A stretch of DNA of 64,000 nt. Source: a virus. Made by a program: the position numbers and the translations under genes. The notes below the pieces were generated by a model. That model had not been told where the DNA came from, did no database searches, and worked only from the letters and a program-made list of their open reading frames with translations. Shown here piece after piece: positions 10,105 to 20,061 of the stretch; positions within the stretch are counted from its first letter, which is position 1; the number at the start of each line of letters is the position of its first letter. The stretch is taken from IMG/VR virus record IMGVR_UViG_3300013014_000024, positions 33,695-97,694 of that record; one strand, given 5' to 3'.

Positions 10105-10362
10105 TTATTTCATTGTAACCAAAAAAACTGCATTCTGTTCTCCGGCATGAAGACCTAAAATATTGTAGTCATAATATTCTTCTGCCTCTTGCTCGGTCAT
10201 TAAATCTCTTTCTTGTAAAATTTGTAAAATCTTGGATTTACAATATAATATTCTTGGAGAATTACCAAACTCCTCTACTATACCGACAATTGCGTCTTCT
10301 AATCCGTCTAACATTATTGCACCTTCGCAATAAGATTCTATATCGTAGTTATTGATTATCAT
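10105..10362 (-). CDS. hypothetical protein
   Basis: DGLEDAIVG...EAEEYYDYNI pattern. Confidence 0.6.
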   Translation of the reverse strand: MIINNYDIESYCEGAIMLDGLEDAIVGIVEEFGNSPRILYCKSKILQILQERDLMTEQEAEEYYDYNILGLHAGEQNAVFLVTMK

Positions 10363-10500
10363 AATAAAAAAAAAACAAGTGAATTCAAAAATAAGATAAG
10401 TAAATTACCAAGATACTACCAAGAAATTTGAATTTCACTTGTTATACACAATATTAGTTATTTTATTCCATTACGTCAATATTTATTAAAAACATTTAAT

Positions 10501-11631
10501 ATGAAACAATGGTCAATAGGATTAATGTCTAACGATGAAAAAAGAAACATCTTAGACCAACATAAAACTCTATACGATGGTTACAGAACCATGCAACCTC
10601 AAGTGTCAAATACACAACCACTTTATACTCAAGATTTTGCTAACGATAAAGTTGGTGTAACCGTAACTAATAAAGGCGATGTTAAGAGATACACGAATAT
10701 GGGTATTAACGAACAAGTTAAAAAAGAATCAATGTGTTCTGAGTGCGGAGGAATGGTATATGAAGGTGAATGTATGGAATGTGGTTATGGGGGTAGAGGA
10801 ATGGGAGAAGAAATGGGAGAGGAGACACAACAAGTTAAAAACTTAAAAAAAGTTTATGATATAGACAAAAATAATAAGTTTGATTACGTTGAAGGTGAAA
10901 TTGATGAGCTTAGCTCAAGTGAGCTTAAAAGAGGTAAAAAATATAAATATAAACACCCTGAATTTGACGATGATTTAGAATATGAAGATGAGTTTGAAGA
11001 TAAACATGGAGGTGATACCATGTATAAATTCAAATCAAAAGATAATACAACACACATGATGCCAAATAAATCTATTGAATACTTTATGGGTGATTTGGAC
11101 GAAGATGATGCTTTTGATGCAGACGCTTTACAAAATTTGACAGGTCAGGAAGCTCCACATATGTCAGATGATATGGCTCCTGATGGAATGGATGATGACA
11201 GCGATAACGATAGAAAAATGATGGCGGATGGAGAAATGGAAGAAACATATCAAGGAAATCCTTACGATAATAGAGAAAGAGCATATACTTTCACATCCAA
11301 AGGACCAAAAGATAGTGGAGATACATATTCAATCAAAGCCGATGATATGGACTTGGATGATTCTGAAATTGAAAGACCATTTAATTTTTCATCAAATGGA
11401 GCGGTAAGAGAATTTGACCAAATGGAATCTGCCTTTGATGATGAGGATGATGATTTGGCAATTTTAGATTATAATCAAGATGAAGAAGATGATTATGATG
11501 ATAATGATTCTTGGGAAGAAATTACTTCTGACAAAGATTCATTAGACATTGATGACGATATCAGAGAAAGTGTAAATAAACAAAAAGGTCTGATTTTAGA
11601 GATGATGAATAGAATGAAAGGAAGAAATTAA
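10501..11631 (+). CDS. acidic protein with CxxC...CxxC zinc ribbon
   Basis: 376-aa D/E-rich ORF preceded by TATTTAT. Confidence 0.7.
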   Translation: MKQWSIGLMSNDEKRNILDQHKTLYDGYRTMQPQVSNTQPLYTQDFANDKVGVTVTNKGDVKRYTNMGINEQVKKESMCSECGGMVYEGECMECGYGGRGMGEEMGEETQQVKNLKKVYDIDKNNKFDYVEGEIDELSSSELKRGKKYKYKHPEFDDDLEYEDEFEDKHGGDTMYKFKSKDNTTHMMPNKSIEYFMGDLDEDDAFDADALQNLTGQEAPHMSDDMAPDGMDDDSDNDRKMMADGEMEETYQGNPYDNRERAYTFTSKGPKDSGDTYSIKADDMDLDDSEIERPFNFSSNGAVREFDQMESAFDDEDDDLAILDYNQDEEDDYDDNDSWEEITSDKDSLDIDDDIRESVNKQKGLILEMMNRMKGRN

Positions 11632-11637
11632 AAATAA

Positions 11638-11664
11638 ATCCCCTATAAATTAGGGGATTTTTTT
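11638..11664 (+). terminator. intrinsic terminator
   Basis: ATCCCCTA...TAGGGGAT followed by a T run. Confidence 0.75.
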
Positions 11665-11715
11665 GTTATATATGGATTTTCATCTTTTTTAAGATATTTC
11701 TTAATAAAAAAGTTT

Positions 11716-12009
11716 ATGGAAATCAAAGAAGTAGTTAATTATTTTCTTAATTCTGACAAGAATATTTTAGAGGTTACTTTCAGAACAATAGAAGATGATG
11801 AAGAAAATGTTAGAATAGATAATATTGATTATAACCTTGTTGAAGAATATGGATATGAATTAGAATCATTCTCTTTATTTGATGAAGACGAAGATAGTGA
11901 AGAATATAATGAAGATATTGTAGAACTAGATGAAGATGATTTAATTTCATTTTTAAATGAATACTATGAAGTTAATCCAAAGGCAATACCAAAATCCGAA
12001 CCTTATTAA
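11716..12009 (+). CDS. acidic hypothetical protein
   Basis: 97-aa ORF. Confidence 0.65.
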   Translation: MEIKEVVNYFLNSDKNILEVTFRTIEDDEENVRIDNIDYNLVEEYGYELESFSLFDEDEDSEEYNEDIVELDEDDLISFLNEYYEVNPKAIPKSEPY

Positions 12010-12029
12010 CATATGAAGTATTTATTATC

Positions 12030-12272
12030 ATGGAACTAAATGTAGACACGTTAATTTTAATATACGAGAAATATACCTCTTCTAAAAAAGTAGAAGTAGA
12101 TGAGCAAGACGCCGCCGCAGCAGGTGCAAGTACAGGTGGAGCATCAGCAAGTAGTGTACCTAAATGGGCTGATTTATACTCAATAAAAAGAGGTAAAGGT
12201 AATATGCTTGGTAAAGCTGGTGAAAAATGGAGTACTGGACTAAATAGAGGACTTGCCAATCAGATTTGGTAA
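12030..12272 (+). CDS. small late protein
   Basis: TATTTAT at 12019-12025. Repeated W...RG.(G/A)N motif. Confidence 0.6.
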   Translation: MELNVDTLILIYEKYTSSKKVEVDEQDAAAAGASTGGASASSVPKWADLYSIKRGKGNMLGKAGEKWSTGLNRGLANQIW

Positions 12273-12504
12273 TCAACTTAAGTTCGTAATCCAAATTGTT
12301 ATTTATTAAGTTTGTTCTTGATAAAACTCTACAAACAATTTCATCTTCTTCATCGGTTGGGATTTGAGAATTAAAAACTTTGAGTAGTGCTCGGGAAAAA
12401 ACTTTACCATCTTTCAAAGATTGTACTTTTATTGTACCTGTTGTCATTTTTTTCATGATGTAAAGATGATGTTTAATTTTGAAAAAAACAAATATTTATA
12501 AAAA

Positions 12505-13362
12505 ATGAACAAAAATTATCTATTATATAAAGAAACGGAAAGAATAAAAGTTTTAATGTCCGAACAAATATTTTTGGGTGGTCCTACAATTGGGTTTTCA
12601 CCTAAAAATGCCGTAAAAACTATTGACTGGATGAAAACTTGGAACAAGCATGATTGGTTGTCATTTATTGAAGTTACAAGTGGTATATTAGGGATGGTAC
12701 CTACTCCCGCAACTCCAATTTTAATGTTTATATCCACAGCTGCGGCGGTATCAAATGCAACAGGATATTGGAAAGAGGGTCATCATTTTGAGGCTGGTTT
12801 AATATTATCATTTAGTCTTTTAAGTACGGGAGTACTAATTAATCTTTTGAAGAATTCTGAAATTTTTATGAAATTGGGAGCAAAGGGTAGTACGGAGTTA
12901 ATTGAGAATGTGGCATCTGGAACCGCATCAAGGGCCGAACAAGAAATGGCTAAGAAATTGGTTAAAGAAATTACTCCAGTTGCGGATAAATTAGCAAAGG
13001 AAACTTCGAAAGAAATTGTTAAAAGATTTATTGCTGAATTACCTAAAAAAAGTTTGATAGAACTTATAAAAATTTTAAGAGGTATATCTAAATTAGGTAT
13101 CTACGGAATAAAAGAGGGTGTTGTGATTGCCGGAACTTTCATAACTTATGATAAAATGTATAGGGCTCTTAATTATAAAAACGAAAAAAATTTATCTGAA
13201 AGAGATAAAAACCAATTGGTCAATTTGTATCAGTTGATTTTTAATAATCAAGATGAAATACAACAATCTATGTTAAGGGAAGTAAAAAAAGCACAACCAA
13301 AACTTTTTGAAAATCCTGATACCATCATACATAATGACACAACATTTAAAATCACATTTTAA
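12505..13362 (+). CDS. hypothetical protein with hydrophobic helices (possible virion or ejected protein)
   Basis: 285-aa ORF after TATTTAT. Confidence 0.65.
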   Translation: MNKNYLLYKETERIKVLMSEQIFLGGPTIGFSPKNAVKTIDWMKTWNKHDWLSFIEVTSGILGMVPTPATPILMFISTAAAVSNATGYWKEGHHFEAGLILSFSLLSTGVLINLLKNSEIFMKLGAKGSTELIENVASGTASRAEQEMAKKLVKEITPVADKLAKETSKEIVKRFIAELPKKSLIELIKILRGISKLGIYGIKEGVVIAGTFITYDKMYRALNYKNEKNLSERDKNQLVNLYQLIFNNQDEIQQSMLREVKKAQPKLFENPDTIIHNDTTFKITF

Positions 13363-13371
13363 AAAAAAAAT

Positions 13372-14724
13372 ATGGAAAAAAAACTGATTACAGAAGTAGA
13401 AAAAATTAAAAAAATGATGGGATTATTATTAGAAAATACAGGATTTTTTAATGGGATTACTGATGATATGGTGAAAGATATAATGTCAATATCTAAAGTA
13501 AGAGGTTTTAAATCTTGGTTTAAACAAAAGGATGTAAACCTTATGAAGGACCTTGAAAAACTTGAAGGAATTACAAGTGGTAAAATAAAATTAGATACAC
13601 CGGCAGATGTGGCCGCAAAGGACGGAATTATTAAAAGATTAATTCAAAATGAAGCTATCGCGGATTATTTGATACCAGAATTGTTAACCAAACATTTACC
13701 GACATTTAATAATATGAATTTAATCAAAGATGCAATCAAAAAAAACATTAAAAGTGGTGTAAAACCAAATGTCATTCTTAACGGAATACCAAACATAGTT
13801 CGAGTAAGATTTCCGCAAACCGATGATATAGTTAAAAAATATATCGTAAATGACCTGAAAAATTATACGGTATATATTACTGATTATATACCTGGTTCTG
13901 AATTTTTAAGTTCAAAATGGGGAAAACTTAAACAAGGTTGGTCAATTGGTAAAGACGCTAAATCAGGTGGATTAGCGGGAACAAAAAGTTTAATTGTGAG
14001 GGTACCACCAATCAACTTTATAACAAAAGCAAGTGATAAATATTTCAAAACTTCTTTTAGAAAAAAATTGAACGAAGAAGAAGTAGAAATAGTTCGTAGA
14101 TTTTTTTTGACTGGAGTTGCAGATTACCCATTATTAAGGAGGGTTTTTAAATCTTACGGTTTTGTTGGTGCAACAGGAAACTTAGCCAGACAACTTGTAA
14201 AAAAAATAGCTTATTTAACACTTGTTAAATCGGCTTTAAATTTTTTGTACCAATCATTAGTTGATAATAAAGATAATCTTTCGGAATATGATGAAGAGAA
14301 TATGCACTGGTTTTTTGTAGTTTGTTATAGATTAGTTCATTCTATTGAATTTCCATCTTTAGGATGGGTAAGTCCGGCGGGTTGGCTTGCAGGTCTTTTA
14401 GGTTTTACACTTAAACCCGCTGTTTATGGTAAGGGTAGAGATGCGATGTTGAAAGAATTTGAAAACTATTTGAAAGGAGGAAATGAAAAAAATTATCCTA
14501 AACTTTGGCATGGATATAAACTCAGTGATATTTATCAAGCAATTATGAATAGTATAAATTCGGAAATAGAAAAAATAGATGTAGAAATAAAACAACTTGA
14601 ATCTGGTAAAAATATAGAACCACAAACTTTATCAAGACACGGAGTTAGGATAAATAATAATTCAAAACAAAAGACTAATGATGACGATGCAATAAATAAT
14701 ACTCCAGGTTGGAAGAAAAAATAA
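13372..14724 (+). CDS. hypothetical protein (N-terminal LITEVEKIKKMM)
   Basis: 450-aa ORF. Confidence 0.7.
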   Translation: MEKKLITEVEKIKKMMGLLLENTGFFNGITDDMVKDIMSISKVRGFKSWFKQKDVNLMKDLEKLEGITSGKIKLDTPADVAAKDGIIKRLIQNEAIADYLIPELLTKHLPTFNNMNLIKDAIKKNIKSGVKPNVILNGIPNIVRVRFPQTDDIVKKYIVNDLKNYTVYITDYIPGSEFLSSKWGKLKQGWSIGKDAKSGGLAGTKSLIVRVPPINFITKASDKYFKTSFRKKLNEEEVEIVRRFFLTGVADYPLLRRVFKSYGFVGATGNLARQLVKKIAYLTLVKSALNFLYQSLVDNKDNLSEYDEENMHWFFVVCYRLVHSIEFPSLGWVSPAGWLAGLLGFTLKPAVYGKGRDAMLKEFENYLKGGNEKNYPKLWHGYKLSDIYQAIMNSINSEIEKIDVEIKQLESGKNIEPQTLSRHGVRINNNSKQKTNDDDAINNTPGWKKK

Positions 14725-14731
14725 AATTAAA

Positions 14732-15943
14732 ATGAATAAATTTCAAGTTGGTAAATTATGGTATTCAATAGTTGCAAAGTTCCCAAACTTCATGACTCTA
14801 TCACAATTTGAAGATGGTATGAGTACAAAGGAAGGTAGAAAACAATTTTATGATAACCAAAAAGAAAGATTAAAAAAAAGAGGAATAGATTTAGGAAATG
14901 ATTACACTGCTTATGAAAAAAAATATGGAGGAGGTTCTCCAACACCTACACCATCTCCAACACCAGTAGCCAAAACAGTATGGTCTTGTATTGAAAAGTC
15001 AGAAGAAAAACATGGAGTTAAAGATGAATATAAAACAAAACCTGTTAACAATACACAAAAAAAAATGACCCAACCAAGTGGAAATATATTTTACTATAAT
15101 ATTGATTATACGTTTAAAATTGTGTTTAATGACGACAAAAAGAGTGAATTAGATGGTACATGGAAATGTGATGGAAATTCGGATTTTACAATACTAATGG
15201 ACACTGGGGAAACATTTACAAGTACAACAGGAAAATGGACAATACCTGAACAAAATAAAACATCATTTTTTGGAAAAAAACTAATTGAAGAAAACATTAA
15301 AAATAAAAATTTTTCATTTAAATCTTTAATTAAGAAACATATTGTTGAAACAAAAGAAAAAAAAGATTCCTCAATTATTGAAAATAACTTAATTAATTCA
15401 AGATTAAAATTTGTTTTAGGTAATGATGATTTTAACAAATTATCAGGACATAAAAAGGTTAAAGTTAGTTTTGAACTATTTGAAGAAATTTCAACTTTAT
15501 CAAATCAAGGATTCATTAATGAAGAAAATTTATTGAGTACATTTAAAGGTCTTTTTGGTAATGATGTACATTCTTTACCTGAAACTTTTTATAAACCTTG
15601 GATAGATACAGTTTTGAAAACTTTGAATATGAGTGATTCATATTTAAAAAAATATTTAATTTCACAATTAACAAAAAATCCATCCGAAGTTTGGAATTCT
15701 TTTGAAGATTGTGAAAAAATGACCAATATGGTTGCAAAGGCTCTATCAGAAACATTAATTTTCCACTTAAAAATGGATAAAGATTTTAGTAGTCTTTCAG
15801 AAATTAGAAATTCTTTGGAAGAAACTATGAGAGAAGAAGTATTTATTAATAAAATAGAAGACAAAATAAGTGATATGATTTGTTCCTCATTTGAGAAATA
15901 TTCATCAAAAGCTTCTAATGTTTTGGATAAGTTAAAACAATGA
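14732..15943 (+). CDS. hypothetical protein with PT linker
   Basis: 403-aa ORF. Confidence 0.7.
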   Translation: MNKFQVGKLWYSIVAKFPNFMTLSQFEDGMSTKEGRKQFYDNQKERLKKRGIDLGNDYTAYEKKYGGGSPTPTPSPTPVAKTVWSCIEKSEEKHGVKDEYKTKPVNNTQKKMTQPSGNIFYYNIDYTFKIVFNDDKKSELDGTWKCDGNSDFTILMDTGETFTSTTGKWTIPEQNKTSFFGKKLIEENIKNKNFSFKSLIKKHIVETKEKKDSSIIENNLINSRLKFVLGNDDFNKLSGHKKVKVSFELFEEISTLSNQGFINEENLLSTFKGLFGNDVHSLPETFYKPWIDTVLKTLNMSDSYLKKYLISQLTKNPSEVWNSFEDCEKMTNMVAKALSETLIFHLKMDKDFSSLSEIRNSLEETMREEVFINKIEDKISDMICSSFEKYSSKASNVLDKLKQ

Positions 15944-16020
15944 TAAATCTCAGAGCTAATCGCTCTTTGACTATAAATTAGAAAACAAAAAGGGGGTGTT
16001 CTAAATTCTAAAAAGAAGGG

Positions 16021-16701
16021 TTATTTACCCTTCTTTTTTGTTTTAACAATCTCGTCAATAATTCCGTATTGAAGAGCTTCTTCAGCATCCAACCACAAAT
16101 CTCTTTGAGCATCATTCATAACTTGTTCTGTGGTTTTACCACAAAATTCACCCAAAAGGTCAAACAAAATCTTGTTTACTTTTTCCCACTCAATCATATT
16201 GATACGAGCGTCTTGAATGTTACCTCCAGTACCACCAGAACTTTGGTGTAACATCGTTTTAGAATATTTTAGAGAACTACGTTTTCCTTTGGTTCCCGCT
16301 CCGAGGAGAACCGAACCCATAGAAGCCGCCATACCCGTATTTACCGTTTTAATATCACAAGCGATATATTGCATTACATCTACCATAGACAATCCTGATT
16401 TAACACTACCACCAGGAGAGTCAATATGCATTGTGATATCTGTTTTGTCTGAAGAATCCAAGAACATTAACTGAGCCTGAACAACAGTTGACATCCTGTC
16501 ATCAACTTCACCCGCAACCCACAGCAAACGGTCTCTCATGAGACGTGAGAATATATCCATCTGAGTTACTCTCATTTCTCTTTCTTCCAAAATGTATGGA
16601 GTCATTGAGTTTTTAATGTGAGCTCCAACATAATGAAGGTCAAGTGAGTTTTTCCCAAGATGTTTTGTGTAATAACTTTGAAATTCATTTCCCAAATTCA
16701 T
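16021..16701 (-). CDS. clpP: ATP-dependent Clp protease proteolytic subunit
   Basis: DIFSRLMRDR, IDSPGGSV, GMAASMGS (catalytic Ser), MLHQ, RDLWLDAEEA. Confidence 0.97.
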   Translation of the reverse strand: MNLGNEFQSYYTKHLGKNSLDLHYVGAHIKNSMTPYILEEREMRVTQMDIFSRLMRDRLLWVAGEVDDRMSTVVQAQLMFLDSSDKTDITMHIDSPGGSVKSGLSMVDVMQYIACDIKTVNTGMAASMGSVLLGAGTKGKRSSLKYSKTMLHQSSGGTGGNIQDARINMIEWEKVNKILFDLLGEFCGKTTEQVMNDAQRDLWLDAEEALQYGIIDEIVKTKKKGK

Positions 16702-16733
16702 AATTTATATTTTATCAAAGGTATAAAAAATAA

Positions 16734-17222
16734 TTAATTAAAAAAACTCTTTTGGAGGTCATCCCAAACATTTTGTAAAACATAATTATCGTTCATAATA
16801 GTAGGAACAAATGGTATGTGGTTCATTTTCATTTTGGCTTCTTCAGGAGTTCTATTTGCCTTTTTCAGATTACAACTGAAACAAGATGTTACCAGATTTT
16901 CCCAAGTATTTGCACCTCCTCTTGATTTAGGTATTACATGGTCAAGTGTTAATGATTTTTTTGACCCACAATAAACACATTCGTATCCATCTCTTTTATA
17001 AATCCTTGTTCTGTTTGCTCTATACGCTCTTTTATGAAACTTAATATATGTCAATAATCTTATAACTATTGGTCTCACATATTTCTTAACCCCACTAATC
17101 ATATCTTTCATGTCCGATTTAATAATTTCGGCTTTACCTTTATAAACAAGGTTAAATCCCCTCTGTATTGTTGTTACATTGATTGGGCTATAGTCAAAAT
17201 TTAATACAAGTACTTGTTCCAT
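16734..17222 (-). CDS. McrA-like HNH endonuclease
   Basis: VLVLN..Y.P, RDGYECVYCG, TLDHVIPKSRGG..TWENLVTSCFSCN. Confidence 0.9.
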   Translation of the reverse strand: MEQVLVLNFDYSPINVTTIQRGFNLVYKGKAEIIKSDMKDMISGVKKYVRPIVIRLLTYIKFHKRAYRANRTRIYKRDGYECVYCGSKKSLTLDHVIPKSRGGANTWENLVTSCFSCNLKKANRTPEEAKMKMNHIPFVPTIMNDNYVLQNVWDDLQKSFFN

Positions 17223-17251
17223 TTTGATAAAAATAAAGTTTATTTTTGAAT

Positions 17252-17278
17252 AAAAAAAGGGTCAGATAATTCCGACCC
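17252..17278 (-). terminator. intrinsic terminator (attenuator candidate) upstream of HNH-clpP
   Basis: GGGTCGGA-ATTA-TCTGACCC-T7 on the minus strand. Confidence 0.8.
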
Positions 17279-17297
17279 AATTTTTAATATATCACTT

Positions 17298-17390
17298 TTA
17301 ACAATAGTTTATGGTTCGGGACTTTCCACGTCTCGTATTAACCAAGTTCTCATACGTAATCATCATATCCAAAAGACTACATTTTATCAT
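17298..17390 (-). CDS. putative leader peptide MIKCSLLDMMITYENLVNTRRGKSRTINYC
   Basis: 30-codon ORF starting just after TATTTAT and ending 20 nt before the terminator. Confidence 0.55.
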   Translation of the reverse strand: MIKCSLLDMMITYENLVNTRRGKSRTINYC

Positions 17391-17453
17391 AACAATAAAT
17401 ATCCAAAATATTTTTGGAAAATCAAAATAGTTTATTACATTTGTAATCAATTA

Positions 17454-17489
17454 GGACTTGTAGCTCAGACGGTTAGAGCAGGAAACTCA
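17454..17489 (+). pseudogene. 5' half of a tRNA truncated in the anticodon loop (probably CAT)
   Basis: GGACTTG-TA-GCTC-AGACGGTTA-GAGC-A-GGAAA-CTCA then AT-rich sequence. TACATTTG promoter at 17436-17443. Confidence 0.75.
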
Positions 17490-17527
17490 ATAAAACTATA
17501 TAATAATATATTTATAAATAAAAATAT

Positions 17528-18193
17528 ATGGAATGTAAATATTGTGAAAAATCTTGCAAAAATCGTAATAGTTTGATAAACCACGAGAGGTTATGTAATT
17601 TTAATACTAACAGACAAATTATGGTAAGTAATTTAATAAATTACAATATTAAACGAAAGGAGTTAAAACTAAAAGGTACTAATCAATATATTAAATCCGA
17701 AAAATTAGGCTTACCAAAACCAATAGTTTCAGAAGAAACAAAGAAAAAAATATCTCAGAAAAAAAAAGGTATCAAATATTCTGAAGAACAAAAAATTAGA
17801 TGGTCAGAAATAATGAAGTTGGCGGTTCAGAAATATCCGGAAAGTTATACTAAAAATAATGTAGTTGGGAGAGTTAAGAATATTGATTATAAAGGTATTA
17901 AATTAAAAGGTAGTTGGGAAGTTTTGGTTGCAAAATGGTTAGATAATAATCATATTGTTTGGGAACACGAAACAAAGTGTTTTGATTACGTTTGGAATGG
18001 AAATAGGAAATATTATCCTGATTTTTATCTACCTGATTTTAACATTTATATAGAAGTAAAAGGATATGAAACAGAAAGAGATTTGGAAAAATGGAAAAAT
18101 ATTCCTAATTTAGTTGTGTTCAAGTTAAATGAAATAAATCAAATAAAAAATAATCCTTTAGGACTCTTATCGGCTCTCGCTCATAACGAGTAG
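17528..18193 (+). mobile_element. free-standing PD-(D/E)xK endonuclease with zinc finger and NUMOD3-like segment
   Basis: CKYC..H..C, SEETKKKIS, GSWE, YYPDFY...IEVKG. Confidence 0.8.
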
Positions 18194-18237
18194 AAACCGT
18201 AATTGGTTACATACAGGTTCAAGTCCTGTAGAGTCCA
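18161..18237 (+). tRNA. atypical tRNA-like RNA, anticodon CAT, no D arm at the normal position
   Basis: Acceptor GGACTCT/AGAGTCC. Anticodon arm CTCG-CTCATAA-CGAG. T arm ACAGG-TTCAAGT-CCTGT. Confidence 0.7.
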
Positions 18238-18253
18238 CTAAATTTTTTTAAAA

Positions 18254-18628
18254 ATGTCATACAATCATTATCAAAACGAGTTGAATAAAATAGACCGTTC
18301 GGTTTCAAGAATGTTTTTAGTACTAACAATTACCGTGTCATCTTTGGTTATAATGTCGTCAGGATATTATTTATTAAATTTTAATTCAAAAAAAGAAATG
18401 AGTGGTATAAATACGGTTACAAACAAAGTGGACACCGTATTAGTAAATCAATCTTCAATTGGAAGTAATTTAGAGTTAATTAATCAAAAACTAGATGAGA
18501 GTCTCCTTAATAATGAAATGGTTATGGATTCTATTGTTACAATTAAAAATGGTATTAGTAGGATTAATTATTCTGTAGGTAAAGTGAGCAAAAATATAGA
18601 CACGATTGTTCTTTACATAAAAAAATAA
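18254..18628 (+). CDS. membrane-anchored coiled-coil protein
   Basis: One TM segment. DTV, DSI, DTI sequons. Confidence 0.6.
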   Translation: MSYNHYQNELNKIDRSVSRMFLVLTITVSSLVIMSSGYYLLNFNSKKEMSGINTVTNKVDTVLVNQSSIGSNLELINQKLDESLLNNEMVMDSIVTIKNGISRINYSVGKVSKNIDTIVLYIKK

Positions 18629-18699
18629 TTAATTTTAAATTAATCGTTTAGTTTCAAGGGGTTTATTATTATTTATATAATAAACCCCTTTTTTATTAC

Positions 18700-19755
18700 A
18701 TGAAAAAAAACAAAATACTCTTCATTTTAAAAAGAAGAGAGGATTATAATCCTGATAAACATTCCCATGTCGGTTTAAGTACTGGCTTATATAATTCTGC
18801 ATCTTTCATGAATAATATGTTAGTTGATGCAGGATTTGAATCAAATTTAGTTGTTGTTACTGATAACAATGATATTGACAGAGAAGTAACAAAGTATAAA
18901 CCAACACATGTAATTATTGAGGCTCTGTGGGTTGTTCCAACAAAGTTTAATGTTTTAACTGAATTACACCCAAATGTTAAATGGGTGATTCGTTTACATA
19001 GTGAAATGCCATTCTTGGCAAATGAAGGAATGGCGATTGATTGGATTGGAGACTATGTTAATTTTGAAAACCTTATTATTGGTGTTAATGCCCCAAGAGC
19101 ATTAGACGAAGTTAAATATTTTATCAAATCATCAACAGGTTGGAGTGATTCCCAAGTAGATGAAAAAATAATATACCTTCCTAATTATTATCCTGAAGCG
19201 GTTATTCGTAAAAAATATGAATTAGATAGTGAATATGTTAACATTTCTTGTTTTGGGGCAATCAGACCTTTAAAAAATCACATAATTCAAGCAATAGCCG
19301 CAATAAAATTTGCAGAAAAAATTGGTAAAAAATTAAGGTTTCACATCAATGGAGGCAGAATTGAAATGAAAGGAGAACCTGTCATGAACAATTTGAAAGC
19401 CTTATTTTTGCATGTTTCAGATAGAGGACATCAACTTGTTAAACATGAATGGACACCAAGAGAAGAGTTTTTAAAGATTTGTGCTCAAATAGACATAGGT
19501 ATGCAAGTTTCATTCTCTGAGACTTTCAATATTGTCGGAGCCGATTTAATAAGTCAAGGAGTTCCTTTGGTTGGTTCCGTAGAAATACCTTGGATAGAAC
19601 AAAAATTTGCAGCACCTGCAACAGAAACTGAAATTATTTATGAAAAATTGTTACTAACAAATAGGAAATCTAAAAAAAATGTTGAGTCCAATCAATATTT
19701 ATTAAATAGATATACAAATAAATCCAAAAAAATATGGCTGAAGTATTTTAGCTGA
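18700..19755 (+). CDS. GT-B fold glycosyltransferase (GT4-like)
   Basis: GAIRPLKN and SFSETFNIVGAD motifs. Confidence 0.75.
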   Translation: MKKNKILFILKRREDYNPDKHSHVGLSTGLYNSASFMNNMLVDAGFESNLVVVTDNNDIDREVTKYKPTHVIIEALWVVPTKFNVLTELHPNVKWVIRLHSEMPFLANEGMAIDWIGDYVNFENLIIGVNAPRALDEVKYFIKSSTGWSDSQVDEKIIYLPNYYPEAVIRKKYELDSEYVNISCFGAIRPLKNHIIQAIAAIKFAEKIGKKLRFHINGGRIEMKGEPVMNNLKALFLHVSDRGHQLVKHEWTPREEFLKICAQIDIGMQVSFSETFNIVGADLISQGVPLVGSVEIPWIEQKFAAPATETEIIYEKLLLTNRKSKKNVESNQYLLNRYTNKSKKIWLKYFS

Positions 19756-19760
19756 AAATT

Positions 19761-19979
19761 ATGAAAAACGAAAAATCATTTAAAGTTAAGTTTGTTGAAT
19801 GGAAGAGAGGGATTTTTTCCATTGCAGAAAAAATGTTTAGTTGTGAGGAAGATGCTGTAAAAGAGTCAGAAAAGTATAATGGTCAAGTTAAAATATATAA
19901 CTCAAAAGGTCATTTAATTAAAAACAAACCTGAAAAACAGAAAGAGGATAAAAAACACAATGAAGATTCTTATTGTTGA
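19761..19979 (+). CDS. hypothetical protein
   Basis: Small ORF after the glycosyltransferase. Confidence 0.5.
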   Translation: MKNEKSFKVKFVEWKRGIFSIAEKMFSCEEDAVKESEKYNGQVKIYNSKGHLIKNKPEKQKEDKKHNEDSYC

Positions 19980-20061
19980 TTTTTTTCAAATAATTTATTT
20001 ATATTTGTAACGTAGTTTTTAATAGAATCACACTATAACGTTGACATTTACAAATAAAATT

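Noticed and set aside
17490-18183. Group I intron with internal ORF splitting a single tRNA
   Set aside because: No P/Q/R/S core is visible, and the anticodon stem strands GGAAA and CGAGT do not pair.
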